Below the pieces are notes generated by a model. It saw only the letters and a program-made list of their open reading frames with translations, was not told the DNA's origin and did no database searches. Below are positions 1 to 9,810 of a stretch of 10,017 bases of DNA, in pieces. Numbering within the stretch: the stretch's first letter is position 1; each line of letters begins with the position of its first letter. The DNA comes from Octopus sinensis (Eukaryota), in contig NW_021827723.1 of the NCBI RefSeq assembly GCF_006345805.1, positions 1 to 10,017 of the forward strand. Direction: 5' to 3'. Both the position numbers and the translations under genes were made by a program.

Positions 1-49
1 CAAGGTGCAGATAATTCCCACGTCCTATTGACCATATGTTCGTCTACAG

Positions 50-190
50 ATATACATGTGTGTGTGTGTGTGTGTGTCTGTGTGTGTGTGAGCGCTTGTG
101 TGCACGTAAATACATAGATGCTTACATGCACACATACATACACATACGTTCATACGTTTACATATACAGGTATGCACCACACACAATAGT

Positions 191-241
<51 letters not shown>

Positions 242-355
242 ATACACACACATATATATATATATATATATATGTATACCTGTATATGTATAAACGTATG
301 TGTGTATGGTGCATATATATAGATATATATATATATATATACAGACATATATATA

Positions 356-412
<57 letters not shown>

Positions 413-459
413 GTAATACGGTATCTGTAAACGTATGAACGTATGTGTATTATGTGTGC

Positions 460-496
<37 letters not shown>

Positions 497-504
497 ACCA
501 CATA

Positions 505-547
<43 letters not shown>

Positions 548-590
548 GTGGGTGTGTATGTATATGCATATGTATGTAGGTATAATATGT
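50..590. repeat. Compound microsatellite region: (TG)n, (CA)n, several (TA)n tracts and TACA-like variants
   Basis: (TG)n at ~57-90 and (TA)n runs at ~190-238, 251-272, 313-340, 366-402, 461-480 and 505-546. All ORFs over 25-645 are YI/CV/HT dipeptide artefacts. Confidence 0.97.
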
Positions 591-1104
591 TAGTATAGAT
601 TGATAGATGGGAAGATAACGTTCTATTTATGCATTTATCAATCACTCTACGTTTGTGTACTTGTAAACATGAACGTACTTCTATATATAGTTAAATATGT
701 AGACACCTTATTACGTGCGAATATAATGTGAATATATGTGTATATATGTGTATGTTATGTGGGTGTGTTCGTGTCCGTATGTGTTTGTGTGTATTTAAAT
801 ATATATATATATATATAAGTAATCGTTTTTTATTTCGTATATTTTCATGCGTCTTGTTTAGTTTTACACTTTGTTTTTTTTTTTTTTTTGCTGAGATTTT
901 TCTTGAGAACACATTCTTCGTGGTAAATGGCGAGTTGACGTCTATGTTTAGCATACAGGCCGTCCACTTTTAGTGGTCAGTCCTGTAAATTTTGTATGTA
1001 AAAAGATTTTTAATCTTCGGATTTTTTAAAATATGCTAAGCCACTGGTTTTAATTGATTAACATGAATTTCTACCCTTATTCAATTTTCAATTCATATAT
1101 ATAT

Positions 1105-1236
1105 AAGAGACCGATAGAATAAGTACTGGGCTTACAAAGAATAAGTTCCGGGGTCGATTTGCTCGACTAAAGGCGGTGCTCCAGCATGGCCGCAGTCAAA
1201 TGACTGAAACAAATAAAGGAGTAAAGAGTAAAGAGT
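1105..1236 (+). mobile_element. SINE family B, 5'-truncated 3' module ending in (AAGAGT)n-like tail
   Basis: Near-identical to the reverse complement of ~3190-3320 (GATAGAATAAGTACTGGGCTTACAAA...AAGGCGGTGCTCCAGCATGGCCGCAGTCAAATGACTGAAACAA). Tail is GAGTAAAGAGTAAAGAGT. Flanked on both sides by ATATATATAT (1095-1104, 1237-1246), consistent with a TSD. Confidence 0.85.
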
Positions 1237-2214
1237 ATATATATATTCAAATGAATGTGGTACTTAAGTTAGATCCACCAGAATTTTGTATGGTGTTATC
1301 CATATAAATCCAAGGGATGATTATAATCAAAATAAGCAAATATACCTCCTCACTTTCTAGCAGTTCAAAATAACTTAAAGAATATTCTTCAGTCAGAAGA
1401 TAAATTCTACTACCTTAATGTTCTTAAAATTCAAATCGACATCACATCTCTGTCTATATATCTACCCTCTCTATAATGTTATCAATTAATATGATAATAT
1501 GTATTAATGGAAAACCTCTATAAATGGCTAATGATTGCTCAACATTTTAAAACTGGTGTAATACTTACAATGTTTAATAAAGTGATGTAGCGTGAAACGA
1601 TCGTACCAAATTACCGAATATATTCTTGTTGCTTATTTTGATTATATATATATATATAAACAAGCAAACTCAAACTCGCACACACACATGTATGCGTTCA
1701 TATATATTTTGCTGTAATAAAATATACACTAAAATGTCTTATGATGCCATAATGCAAGTATGTGAACAGCATAGAGAAATACAGGTGTATGAAATACGTT
1801 GCAAAAAACCAAAGAAGAAATTCTTGATTTATTAAAATTCTCTTCAACTCACGATAATGTATTTACGTTAGCAAACGTCAGGTACGACAGGCTCATCTTT
1901 AGAAGAGGATATAATCGCAAAGGAGCTAACCATACATGATAGATGTTTGATGTTTTAAAAACACATAGCCACATAATATCCTCAGCACCCAACCCTATTT
2001 TTATGTATAAATCTTTATATATAAAACTGAAGTTGTGTGAGAGTCTGTCTCCTCCGATTTAGATTACTAACTACTCCCACATTTTGCGGTGCTGTTTGAC
2101 CAAAAGCGGGTATCTTATAATCCTGATTCATGTCGAGCCCTTCATATCGCGTCTACGATGAGTCAACGATTTTAAAATAATTTACCATCATTTTTTTCGT
2201 TTTTAATGCATTTT

Positions 2215-2306
2215 TTGCTCGGTTTATATAAGGGAAGTAACTCACTAAAAATGCTTCTATAGTTATTTCCCTTACAAACCCGAGCAACGCCGGGCGATAC
2301 TGCTAG
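2215..2306 (+). mobile_element. Non-autonomous Helitron-type element, 3' terminal region (5' boundary not determined, possibly ~2065)
   Basis: GC-rich hairpin CCCGAGCAACGCCGGG (2279-2294), then CTAG (2303-2306) 8 nt later, followed by T. This is the canonical Helitron hairpin + CTRR|T 3' signature. An inverted repeat (2215-2242 / 2261-2287) lies just upstream. Confidence 0.65.
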
Positions 2307-2505
2307 TATGTTATATTTTAATAATTTATGTATACTATGAATCATTTGATATCTAATATATATAATTTGTATACAATACTATAATATCATAAAAAATTCA
2401 TAGCGTCCTCCAAATCGCTGCTTTCCTCCCAACGCCTCCTTTTCTCTATTATCCCCTTAGGTATCAGCACCCACCTAGACCGTCTCGACGCCCACTGGGG
2501 AGCGG

Positions 2506-2921
2506 GGAGATGGCAGAGTCGTTAGCACGCCGGGCGAAATGCTTTCTGGTATTTCGTCTGCTGCTACGTTCTGAGTTCAAATTCCGCCGAGGTAGACTTT
2601 GCCTTTCATCCTTTCGGGGTCGATAAATTAAGTACCAGTTACACACTGGGGTTGATGTAATCGACTTAATCCGTTTGTCTGTCCTTGTTTGTCCTTTCTC
2701 TGTGTAGCCCCTTGTGGGTAATAAAGAATTAGGTATTTCATCTGCCGTTACGTTCTAAGTTCAAATTCCGCCGAGGTCGACTTCGCCTTTCATCCTTTTG
2801 GGGTCGATAAATTAAGTACCAGTTACGCACTGGGGTTGATGTAATCGACTTAATCCGTTTGTCTGTCCTTGTTTGTCCCCTCTGTGTGTAGCCCCTTGTG
2901 GGTAGTCAAGAAAAAGAAAAA
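2506..2921 (+). mobile_element. tRNA-derived SINE family A, head-to-tail dimer (full unit 2506-2731, head-truncated unit 2732-2921) with target-site duplication
   Basis: A-box-like TGGCAGAGTCG (2511-2521) and B-box-like GAGTTCAAATTCC (2573-2585). Central block GCCTTTCATCCTTTCGGGGTCGATAAATTAAGTACC, then tail ...TGTGTAGCCCCTTGTGGGTAATAAAGAA. Unit 2 repeats unit 1 from 2548 onward. Direct repeat CCACTGGGGAGCGG at 2492-2505 and 2930-2943. Confidence 0.92.
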
Positions 2922-2975
2922 GGTAGCGTCCACTGGGGAGCGGTAGTGCCCACTTCGAGAACTTATGGTCCATAG

Positions 2976-3070
2976 CAGCGGTTCTTAACCCGGGGTTCGT
3001 GACCACTGGGGGGATGAGGTCATTTAGCGTTTCACCGGAAGGTGGGGTCACGAAGAGCTTGGGAGAAAAT
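2976..3070. mobile_element. Possible degenerate hAT-type MITE remnant
   Basis: Starts CAGCGGTTCTTAACC (2976-2990), similar to the CAGTGGTTCTCAACC terminus of Charlie/MER5-type hAT elements. Internal inverted pair TTCGTGACC (2996-3004) / GGTCACGAA (3046-3054). No intact matching right TIR or 8-bp TSD seen. Confidence 0.3.
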
Positions 3071-3189
3071 AATTTATCTCATGTATTTGAGGTATTGCAT
3101 TGCAGCTGTATTGCTGTATTGCAGTGTCATATACTGCATCTGCTGGCGGTAACATGGCTATGTGCTTCGCTCATGCTCTGCGACTCCTA

Positions 3190-3458
3190 TACTCTTTACT
3201 CTTACTTGTTTCAGTCATTTGACTGCGGCCATGCTGGAGCACCGCCTTTAATCGAGCCACTCGCCCCACGGGACTTATTCTTTTGTAAGCCCAGTACTTA
3301 TTCTATCGTTCTCTTTTGCCGATCCGCTAAGTAACGGGGACGTAAACACACCGAGGCTATAGTAGAAGACACTTGTCCAAGGTTCCACGCAGTGGGACTG
3401 AACCCGGAACCATGTGGTTGGTAAACAAGCTACTTACCACACAGCCACTCCTGCGCCT
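3190..3458 (-). mobile_element. tRNA-derived SINE family B (CORE-SINE-like), probably internally deleted near 3351
   Basis: On the - strand the head reads AGGCGCAGGAGTGGCTGTGTGGTAAG (A-box-like TGGCTGTGTGG) with B-box-like GGTTCAGTCCC (3404-3394). It is followed by ACCTTGGACAAGTGTCTT, resembling the start of the CORE domain (cf. MIR ACCTTGGGCAAGT). The 3' module matches 1105-1236 and the tail is AGTAAGAGTAAAGAGTA. The internal deletion is inferred from my recollection of longer family members. Confidence 0.85.
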
Positions 3459-3520
3459 ATTGTGCTTTGCGTTTCAAGACTATTACCAAATTTATAACAA
3501 GAGTCACGGTAATACCCTGG

Positions 3521-3718
3521 GTAGTAAAGAAATAGTTATTTCGTCAGTCGCTACGTTCCGAGTTCAAATTCCGCCGAGGTCGACTTTGCCTTTCATCCTT
3601 TCGGGGTCGATAAATTAAGTACCAGTTACGCACTGGGGTCGATGTAATCGACTTAATACCTATGTCTGTCCGTGTTTGTCCCCTCTGTGTTTAGCCCCTT
3701 GTGGGTAATAAAGAAATA
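3521..3718 (+). mobile_element. tRNA-derived SINE family A, head-truncated unit preceded by a short remnant of a previous unit's tail
   Basis: GTAGTAAAGAAATA (tail remnant, 3521-3534) then GTTATTTCGTCAGTCGCTACGTTCCGAGTTCAAATTCC..., colinear with 2548-2731. Ends GTGGGTAATAAAGAAATA. Candidate 13-bp TSD GGTAATACCCTGG (3508-3520) / GGTAATATCCCGG (3719-3731), 2 mismatches. Confidence 0.9.
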
Positions 3719-3970
3719 GGTAATATCCCGGAGAGACTCAGGAGGAGGCAAGACGATGAAAAAAGTTAAGGACCACCGGTTTATAGCGACACCAGTTACC
3801 AAGAACCGGTAGAGCGTAGAGAAAGTTATTGGCGGCTTGAGAAGGTAAGACAGAAAGAACCTTCTTGCATTTTTAAGATTGCAGGATTCCGAAGCTGTTT
3901 TAAGCGGGATGAGAAATTAGGTCAGAAATTAGGTCATATTGCATTTGACAGTCTTCTTTGAAACGAATTA

Positions 3971-4372
3971 TAATAATAATAATAATAATAATAATGAAAT
4001 TATTGTATACAGTGCTCAGGTGCACCACAACTTGTCAGAAAGTGCATATAAAGTACATGCAGCAATGTGGAATGTCTGGAAAGTGAACATGCTTGTGTGT
4101 GTATGGAGGGGAGAAAATCAAGTGTAGTGTTGGCGAATCTCAGGAAGCATGGAAGTTTTGAAGGATGCTGTGCTCCGACAACTAACAACTGATGCCGGCA
4201 GTTTGTTCCATGCTTCAGCAACTCTTAGCGTGAAAAAATGTTTCCGAAAGTCATGGGAGTTGTGCTGTTTTCTGACTTTGTAAACATGTCCAAGGGTGTT
4301 AGATGGGTGGAGTTTGAAAAGGTGCTCAGAGTTATTGTTAATAAGATGATTAATAATTTTATGGGTGTCTGC
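3971..4372 (-). mobile_element. CR1-clade LINE 3' end (ORF2 C-terminus, 3' UTR, (ATT)n tail)
   Basis: My translation of 4369->4118 (-), absent from the ORF track: DTHKIINHLINNNSEHLFKLHPSNTLGHVYKVRKQHNSHDFRKHFFTLRVAEAWNKLPASVVSCRSTASFKTSMLPEIRQHYT*. It carries the CR1-type C-terminal pattern (T.GH..K...R..FF..RV...WN.LP..VV...S...FK). About 120 nt of 3' UTR is followed by (ATT)8 at 3995-3971. Confidence 0.85.
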
Positions 4373-4524
4373 ATATGCAGTAATGTACGAATGTCTGGAA
4401 AGCGAACAGTGTATGAGTCAGATACAAGCTTGTGTGTGTATGGAGGGGAGAAAATCAGGTGTAGTGTTGGCGAATCTCAGGAAGCATGGAAGTTTTGAAG
4501 GATGCAGTGATCCGACAACTAACT
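4371..4524 (-). mobile_element. Second, short CR1-clade 3'-end fragment joined directly to the first
   Basis: 4376-4523 duplicates 4058-4186 at high identity and retains 18 bp (GTGTATGAGTCAGATACA) missing from the first copy. It lacks the terminal ~90 nt and the tail. Confidence 0.85.
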
Positions 4525-4677
4525 AGTTAGTTTCGTTTTCATTAATTTTGATTAACTTTTCGACTTAATTACAAATAAATTAGGGTTTTTAATCTATTTT
4601 TGATTTATATAAAAAAATAAACAGCAAGGCAATGTATGACTTGGATTGCCGAAGCGCACATGTGTACACACATACTG

Positions 4678-4709
4678 TACATACATACATACATACATAC
4701 ATACATACA

Positions 4710-4743
<34 letters not shown>

Positions 4744-5281
4744 CATACATACATACATACATACATACATACATACATACATACGTACATACATACATAC
4801 ATACATACATACATACATACATACATACATACGTACATACATAAATACATACATACATACATACAATACATACATACATACATACATATATACATAATAC
4901 ATACATACATACATACATACATACATACATACGTACATACATAAATACATACATACATACATACATACATACATACATAAATACATACATACATAAATAC
5001 ATACATACATACATACATCCATACATACATACATACATACATACATACATACATACATACATACATACATACATACATACGTACATACGTACATACATAC
5101 ATACATACATAAATACATACATATATACATACGTACATACATACGTACATACGTACATACATACGTACATACATACATACATACATACATAAATACATAC
5201 ATACATACATACATACACACGTACATACATACACACACACATACATACATACATACATACATACATACATACATACATACA
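4678..5281. repeat. ~600-bp (TACA)n tetranucleotide microsatellite with TACG/TAAA/TATA variants
   Basis: Direct reading of the sequence. It explains the MYVC/HTYI pseudo-ORFs at 4589-5286. Confidence 0.98.
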
Positions 5282-5284
5282 CGC

Positions 5285-5300
5285 ATCTATCTATCTATCT

Positions 5301-5302
<2 letters not shown>
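5285..5302 (+). repeat. (ATCT)4-AT at the 5' junction of Tx1-like copy 1 (target / TSD)
   Basis: ATCTATCTATCTATCT-AT|GGCACCGCGAG. The final AT is shared with the element sequence (GA-AT-GGCACCGCGAG at 9098-9112), a 2-bp microhomology. Confidence 0.9.
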
Positions 5303-6790
<1,488 letters not shown>

Positions 6791-7137
6791 TCTGCGTAGC
6801 TCAACAGCAGAGATTACCATCTTCTAAATTCTACTTCGTATTCACATCGTACTGATTATACGCACTGATCTGATGTAAATACGAGGTATACTTTCAACAG
6901 TCATGTACAAAGTAATATCTTCAAAACTTCGTCGTGCATGAGAACATATGTTTCGTGCACGAGTGTCTTATCAGTAATACGGTCATTATTTAGTCGTCTG
7001 GTAAATTTATTTTAAACACATAGCGTGCCTTGGGAACAAACAGTCAATACAAGGGAAATAATCATTTCTTCGTAAATGCTTGGCGCGATCAGAAGCTTGA
7101 ATTTCAAATTAAGGGAAGACAGAATACACATTTTCAA

Positions 7138-7167
7138 TTATTATTGTTATCATTGCTATTATTGTTG

Positions 7168-7225
<58 letters not shown>

Positions 7226-7241
7226 CATCATTATTATTATT

Positions 7242-7277
<36 letters not shown>

Positions 7278-7819
7278 TTCGTCATCATCATCATCGTCAT
7301 CATCATCGTCATCATCATCATCGTCACCATCGTCATCATCATCATCGTCATCATCATCGTCGTCATCATCATCGTCGTCATCATCATCGTCATCATCATC
7401 ATCATCGTCATCATCATCGTCGTCATCATCATCGTCGTCATCATCATCGTCATCATCATCGTCATCGTCATCATCGTCATCATCATCGTCGTCATCATCG
7501 TCATCATCGTCATCATCGTCATCGTCATCATCGTCATCATCATCGTCGTCATCATCATCATCGTCATTATCATCGTCGTCATCATCATCATCGTCATCAA
7601 CATCGTCGTCATCATCATCGTCGTCATCATCATCGTCATCGTCGTCATCATCATCGTCATAGTCATTGTCGTCGTCATCGTCATCATCATCATCGTCATC
7701 GTCGTCATCATCATCGTCATCGTCATCGTCATCGTCGTCGTTATCGTCATCATCATCGTCATCGTCGTCGTCGTCGTCGTCGTCATCATCGTCATCATCA
7801 TCATCATCATCATCATCAT
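7138..7819. repeat. ~680-bp compound trinucleotide tract (TTA/TTG)n -> (TCA/TCG)n
   Basis: TTA-rich at 7138-7242 and TCA/TCG at 7243-7819, in one triplet register. This produces the poly-Leu/Ser, poly-Tyr/His/Arg and poly-Met/Thr artefact ORFs. Confidence 0.98.
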
Positions 7820-8343
7820 TCAGTAGTCTAATTTTTATTACGCACTTTCACTGCCCTATCGAGCGCAGCTCTGTGTGCCTTGGTTATGTGCTGTAGTTTG
7901 TTGTGATGCTCTTATAATTACTGTAATGAAAGTGTTTTACGTAGGATGTGTGCAGTGCCCAGTAGTGCTATTTTCTGTATGTTATATATATTTGTTAGTC
8001 CTGGTGCTTATATTATTTATTTGTCTGAATATATTTTTTATCATACTTAATGCGCCTATTATGTTAGGAATTGTTTCTGTGTTTAGACTCCACATTCGAG
8101 TTACCTCTATTTCCAGGTCTTTGTATTTTGAAAGTTTCTCCATTTCTTTTAGAGAAACATTGTCATCTGTTGGTATTGATACATCAATTAGAAAGCAATT
8201 TTTCTTGATGATCTCTGACAACTGTATCCGGCTTATTGGCTTGAATTTCTCTCTCTCTGTGTATCTGTGTGTATTGGCATATCCCATTGTATGGTTGCTT
8301 TCTCATTTTCTGGGACCTTTTCTAGGGTGTATCTGTACCATCT
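7820..8343 (-). mobile_element. R4/Dong-like (restriction-like endonuclease) non-LTR retrotransposon, degenerate 3' end
   Basis: Frameshifted - strand peptides: RWYRYTLEKVPENEKATIQWDMPIHTD...(NK)PD.VVRDHQEK..CFLIDVSIPTDDNVSLKEMEKLSKYKDLEIEVTRMW...IGALSMIK...YNIQKIALLGTAHILRKTLSLQ* (stop 7920-7918). The W.WD / PD / ID(V) / K..KY / G.LG / AL.GT..I.R series is the RLE C-terminus typical of R4-clade elements. A ~100-nt 3' UTR ends ...ACTACTGAA and continues into (TGA)n. Confidence 0.85.
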
Positions 8344-8351
8344 ATCTATCT

Positions 8352-9810
8352 TTGAGCCACTACTGCGGAAGCTGGCGACTCTGAGGGGCATCCCGCGAGA
8401 ATTGGGATGCGGGACGTGCGTGTTTGCATACGCGGACGACGTCACCGTCATAGTGTCAAGCCACGAGCACATCGAGCGGGTCGGCGAGACACTGAAAGAC
8501 TACGAAGCGGTGACAGGAGCGAAAATCAACCGGGAAAAGTCAGTGGGCTTGCGGCTCGGTACCTGGAGAAGCAAGCCCATGCCGTCCACCAGTACCTCCG
8601 TCGTGGGACGCTGGACAGACGGCCCGGTTGAGTTGCTCGGGGTCTGGTTCGGTCCGGACCTCCAAATGGAGAAGAACTGGAACGAGATAACGAGTAGGGT
8701 GGTCACTCTCGCCCAACAATGGGCCGAGAGGAAACTGTCCCTAAAAGGTCAGGCGGAGGTGGCGAACGCGTACATCGCGTCCATCATCTACTACCGCCTG
8801 ACCGTCGTACCTTGTCCCGACCCTACCATCACCAAACTAGAACGCATCCTCTTCCGCTTCTTGTGGAAAGGATGCGTCCCGATGGTCAGGCGATCCATTT
8901 GCTGTCAACACCCGTTAAAAGGAGGGCTGGGCATGCCGTGGTTGATGATGCGCAGACACGCGCTGAGACTGCGATATCTCCGGCTCTATGTAGACGACGG
9001 TGAACAGGTGTGGTCGCCGTTTGTGAGGCACGCATTCCCGCAACCCGTCTCCATGACCGAACTGCAGTCGTGGATCAAAAAGAGGCCGAGGAAGGGCGAA
9101 TGGCACCGCGAGTGTCGCGTTGCTCTCAAGCAACTCTGCCGTCCCGGGTCGACCTTGAGTGACTTCAACACAACCAAAGCATTCTATAGGGGTTTAGTGG
9201 AGGGGAGGTACGACGACGATCTCGTGGCAAACCTGGGCGTCGACGAGGAATACCTGACCCGCCTGTTTCAAACGACTTTCGGCCCGGGACCTATGGACAA
9301 CTTCCAGAGATCCCTGGCCTGGCGGTGCTACCGAGAAGCGCTACCCGTTGGGGATAAGCTCTATAGGCATGGCTCGAGAAACACGGGGCCGACCTGCCCG
9401 AGATGCGGGCAGAGCGACGAAACCGCTCTGCACGCACTCGTGCAGTGTCCAGCAATTTCCGACCTGTGGGCTTATGTCGAACGACTGCTGTCACGTGTGG
9501 GACGTGTCGGTTTATCAGCCGAGTCTATCGTTAATATCGTCACGCCTCCTTCCTTCAAACGGGAAGAGCTATTTTTATCATACTTGTGGCTATGGCGAAA
9601 GAATGTATCTGGTGGACGCGCCTGAAAGGATTAGAGACAAACACTTTCCTCTCTGGTCAATCTCTCATCAACTTCTTCAAGTATCACTTGAAGAGGAAAG
9701 TGAGAGTAGAGAGGCAAGTTTTGTCTAGTGAATGTTTTAAAAAAAGATGGGTGAATGTAGCAAGGATGGCACGTATGAATGACGAAGCCACCTTGACTAT
9801 GATTCTATGA
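8352..9810 (+). pseudogene. Tx1-like ORF2 C-terminal half (RT domains 4-7, thumb, zf-RVT/CCHC knuckle), one frameshift
   Basis: YADD at 8429-8440, then GAKINREKS, (Y/L)LGVWFG, KLSLKGQ, RFLWKG and KGGLG. C-x2-C-x8-H-x4-C (CPRCGQSDETALHALVQC) at 9395-9448. A 4-bp deletion at ~9563-9566 (GGAAGGAAG in copy 1, GGAAG here) shifts into ORF 9586-9810. The first ~28 codons of track ORF 8267-9625 are R4 antisense sequence, not part of this protein. Confidence 0.9.

Noticed and set aside
874-928. 27-nt microexon after T16 (896-922, G|GTAAAT donor)
   Set aside because: The acceptor would be a disfavoured GAG and no neighbouring exons are identifiable.
2506-2590. tRNA gene
   Set aside because: A and B boxes are present, but the sequence continues into a repeated SINE body and I could not fold a proper cloverleaf. 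The same applies to 3390-3458 (-).
2548-2921. CRISPR-like or satellite array
   Set aside because: Repeats are ~185-bp SINE units with no unique spacers, in a eukaryotic context with no cas genes.
3695-3850. Exon from a SINE-derived acceptor (TTTAG, 3694) to a strong donor AAG|GTAAGA (3844/3845), 150 nt
   Set aside because: All three frames contain stops and there is no transcript evidence. Such sites arise by chance.
3959-4542. Short inverted match TGAAACGAATTA / TAGTTTCGTTTTCA flanking the CR1 pair, suggesting TIRs
   Set aside because: About 12 bp, imperfect and AT-rich, and the interior is clearly a LINE. Likely coincidence.
4589-5286. Three overlapping ~225-aa MYVC-repeat ORFs and HTYI ORFs
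   Set aside because: Translation of a (TACA)n microsatellite.
7030-7896. Long ORFs encoding poly-His/Arg, poly-Ser and poly-Met/Thr proteins (210-251 aa)
   Set aside because: All frames are open only because TCA/TCG triplets lack stops in those frames. There is no unique coding sequence or splice context.
8267-8351. Start of an intact 452-aa protein at 8267
   Set aside because: This segment is the antisense strand of the R4-like element. The true ORF2 is truncated inside RT and frameshifted near 9565, so the copy is not autonomous.
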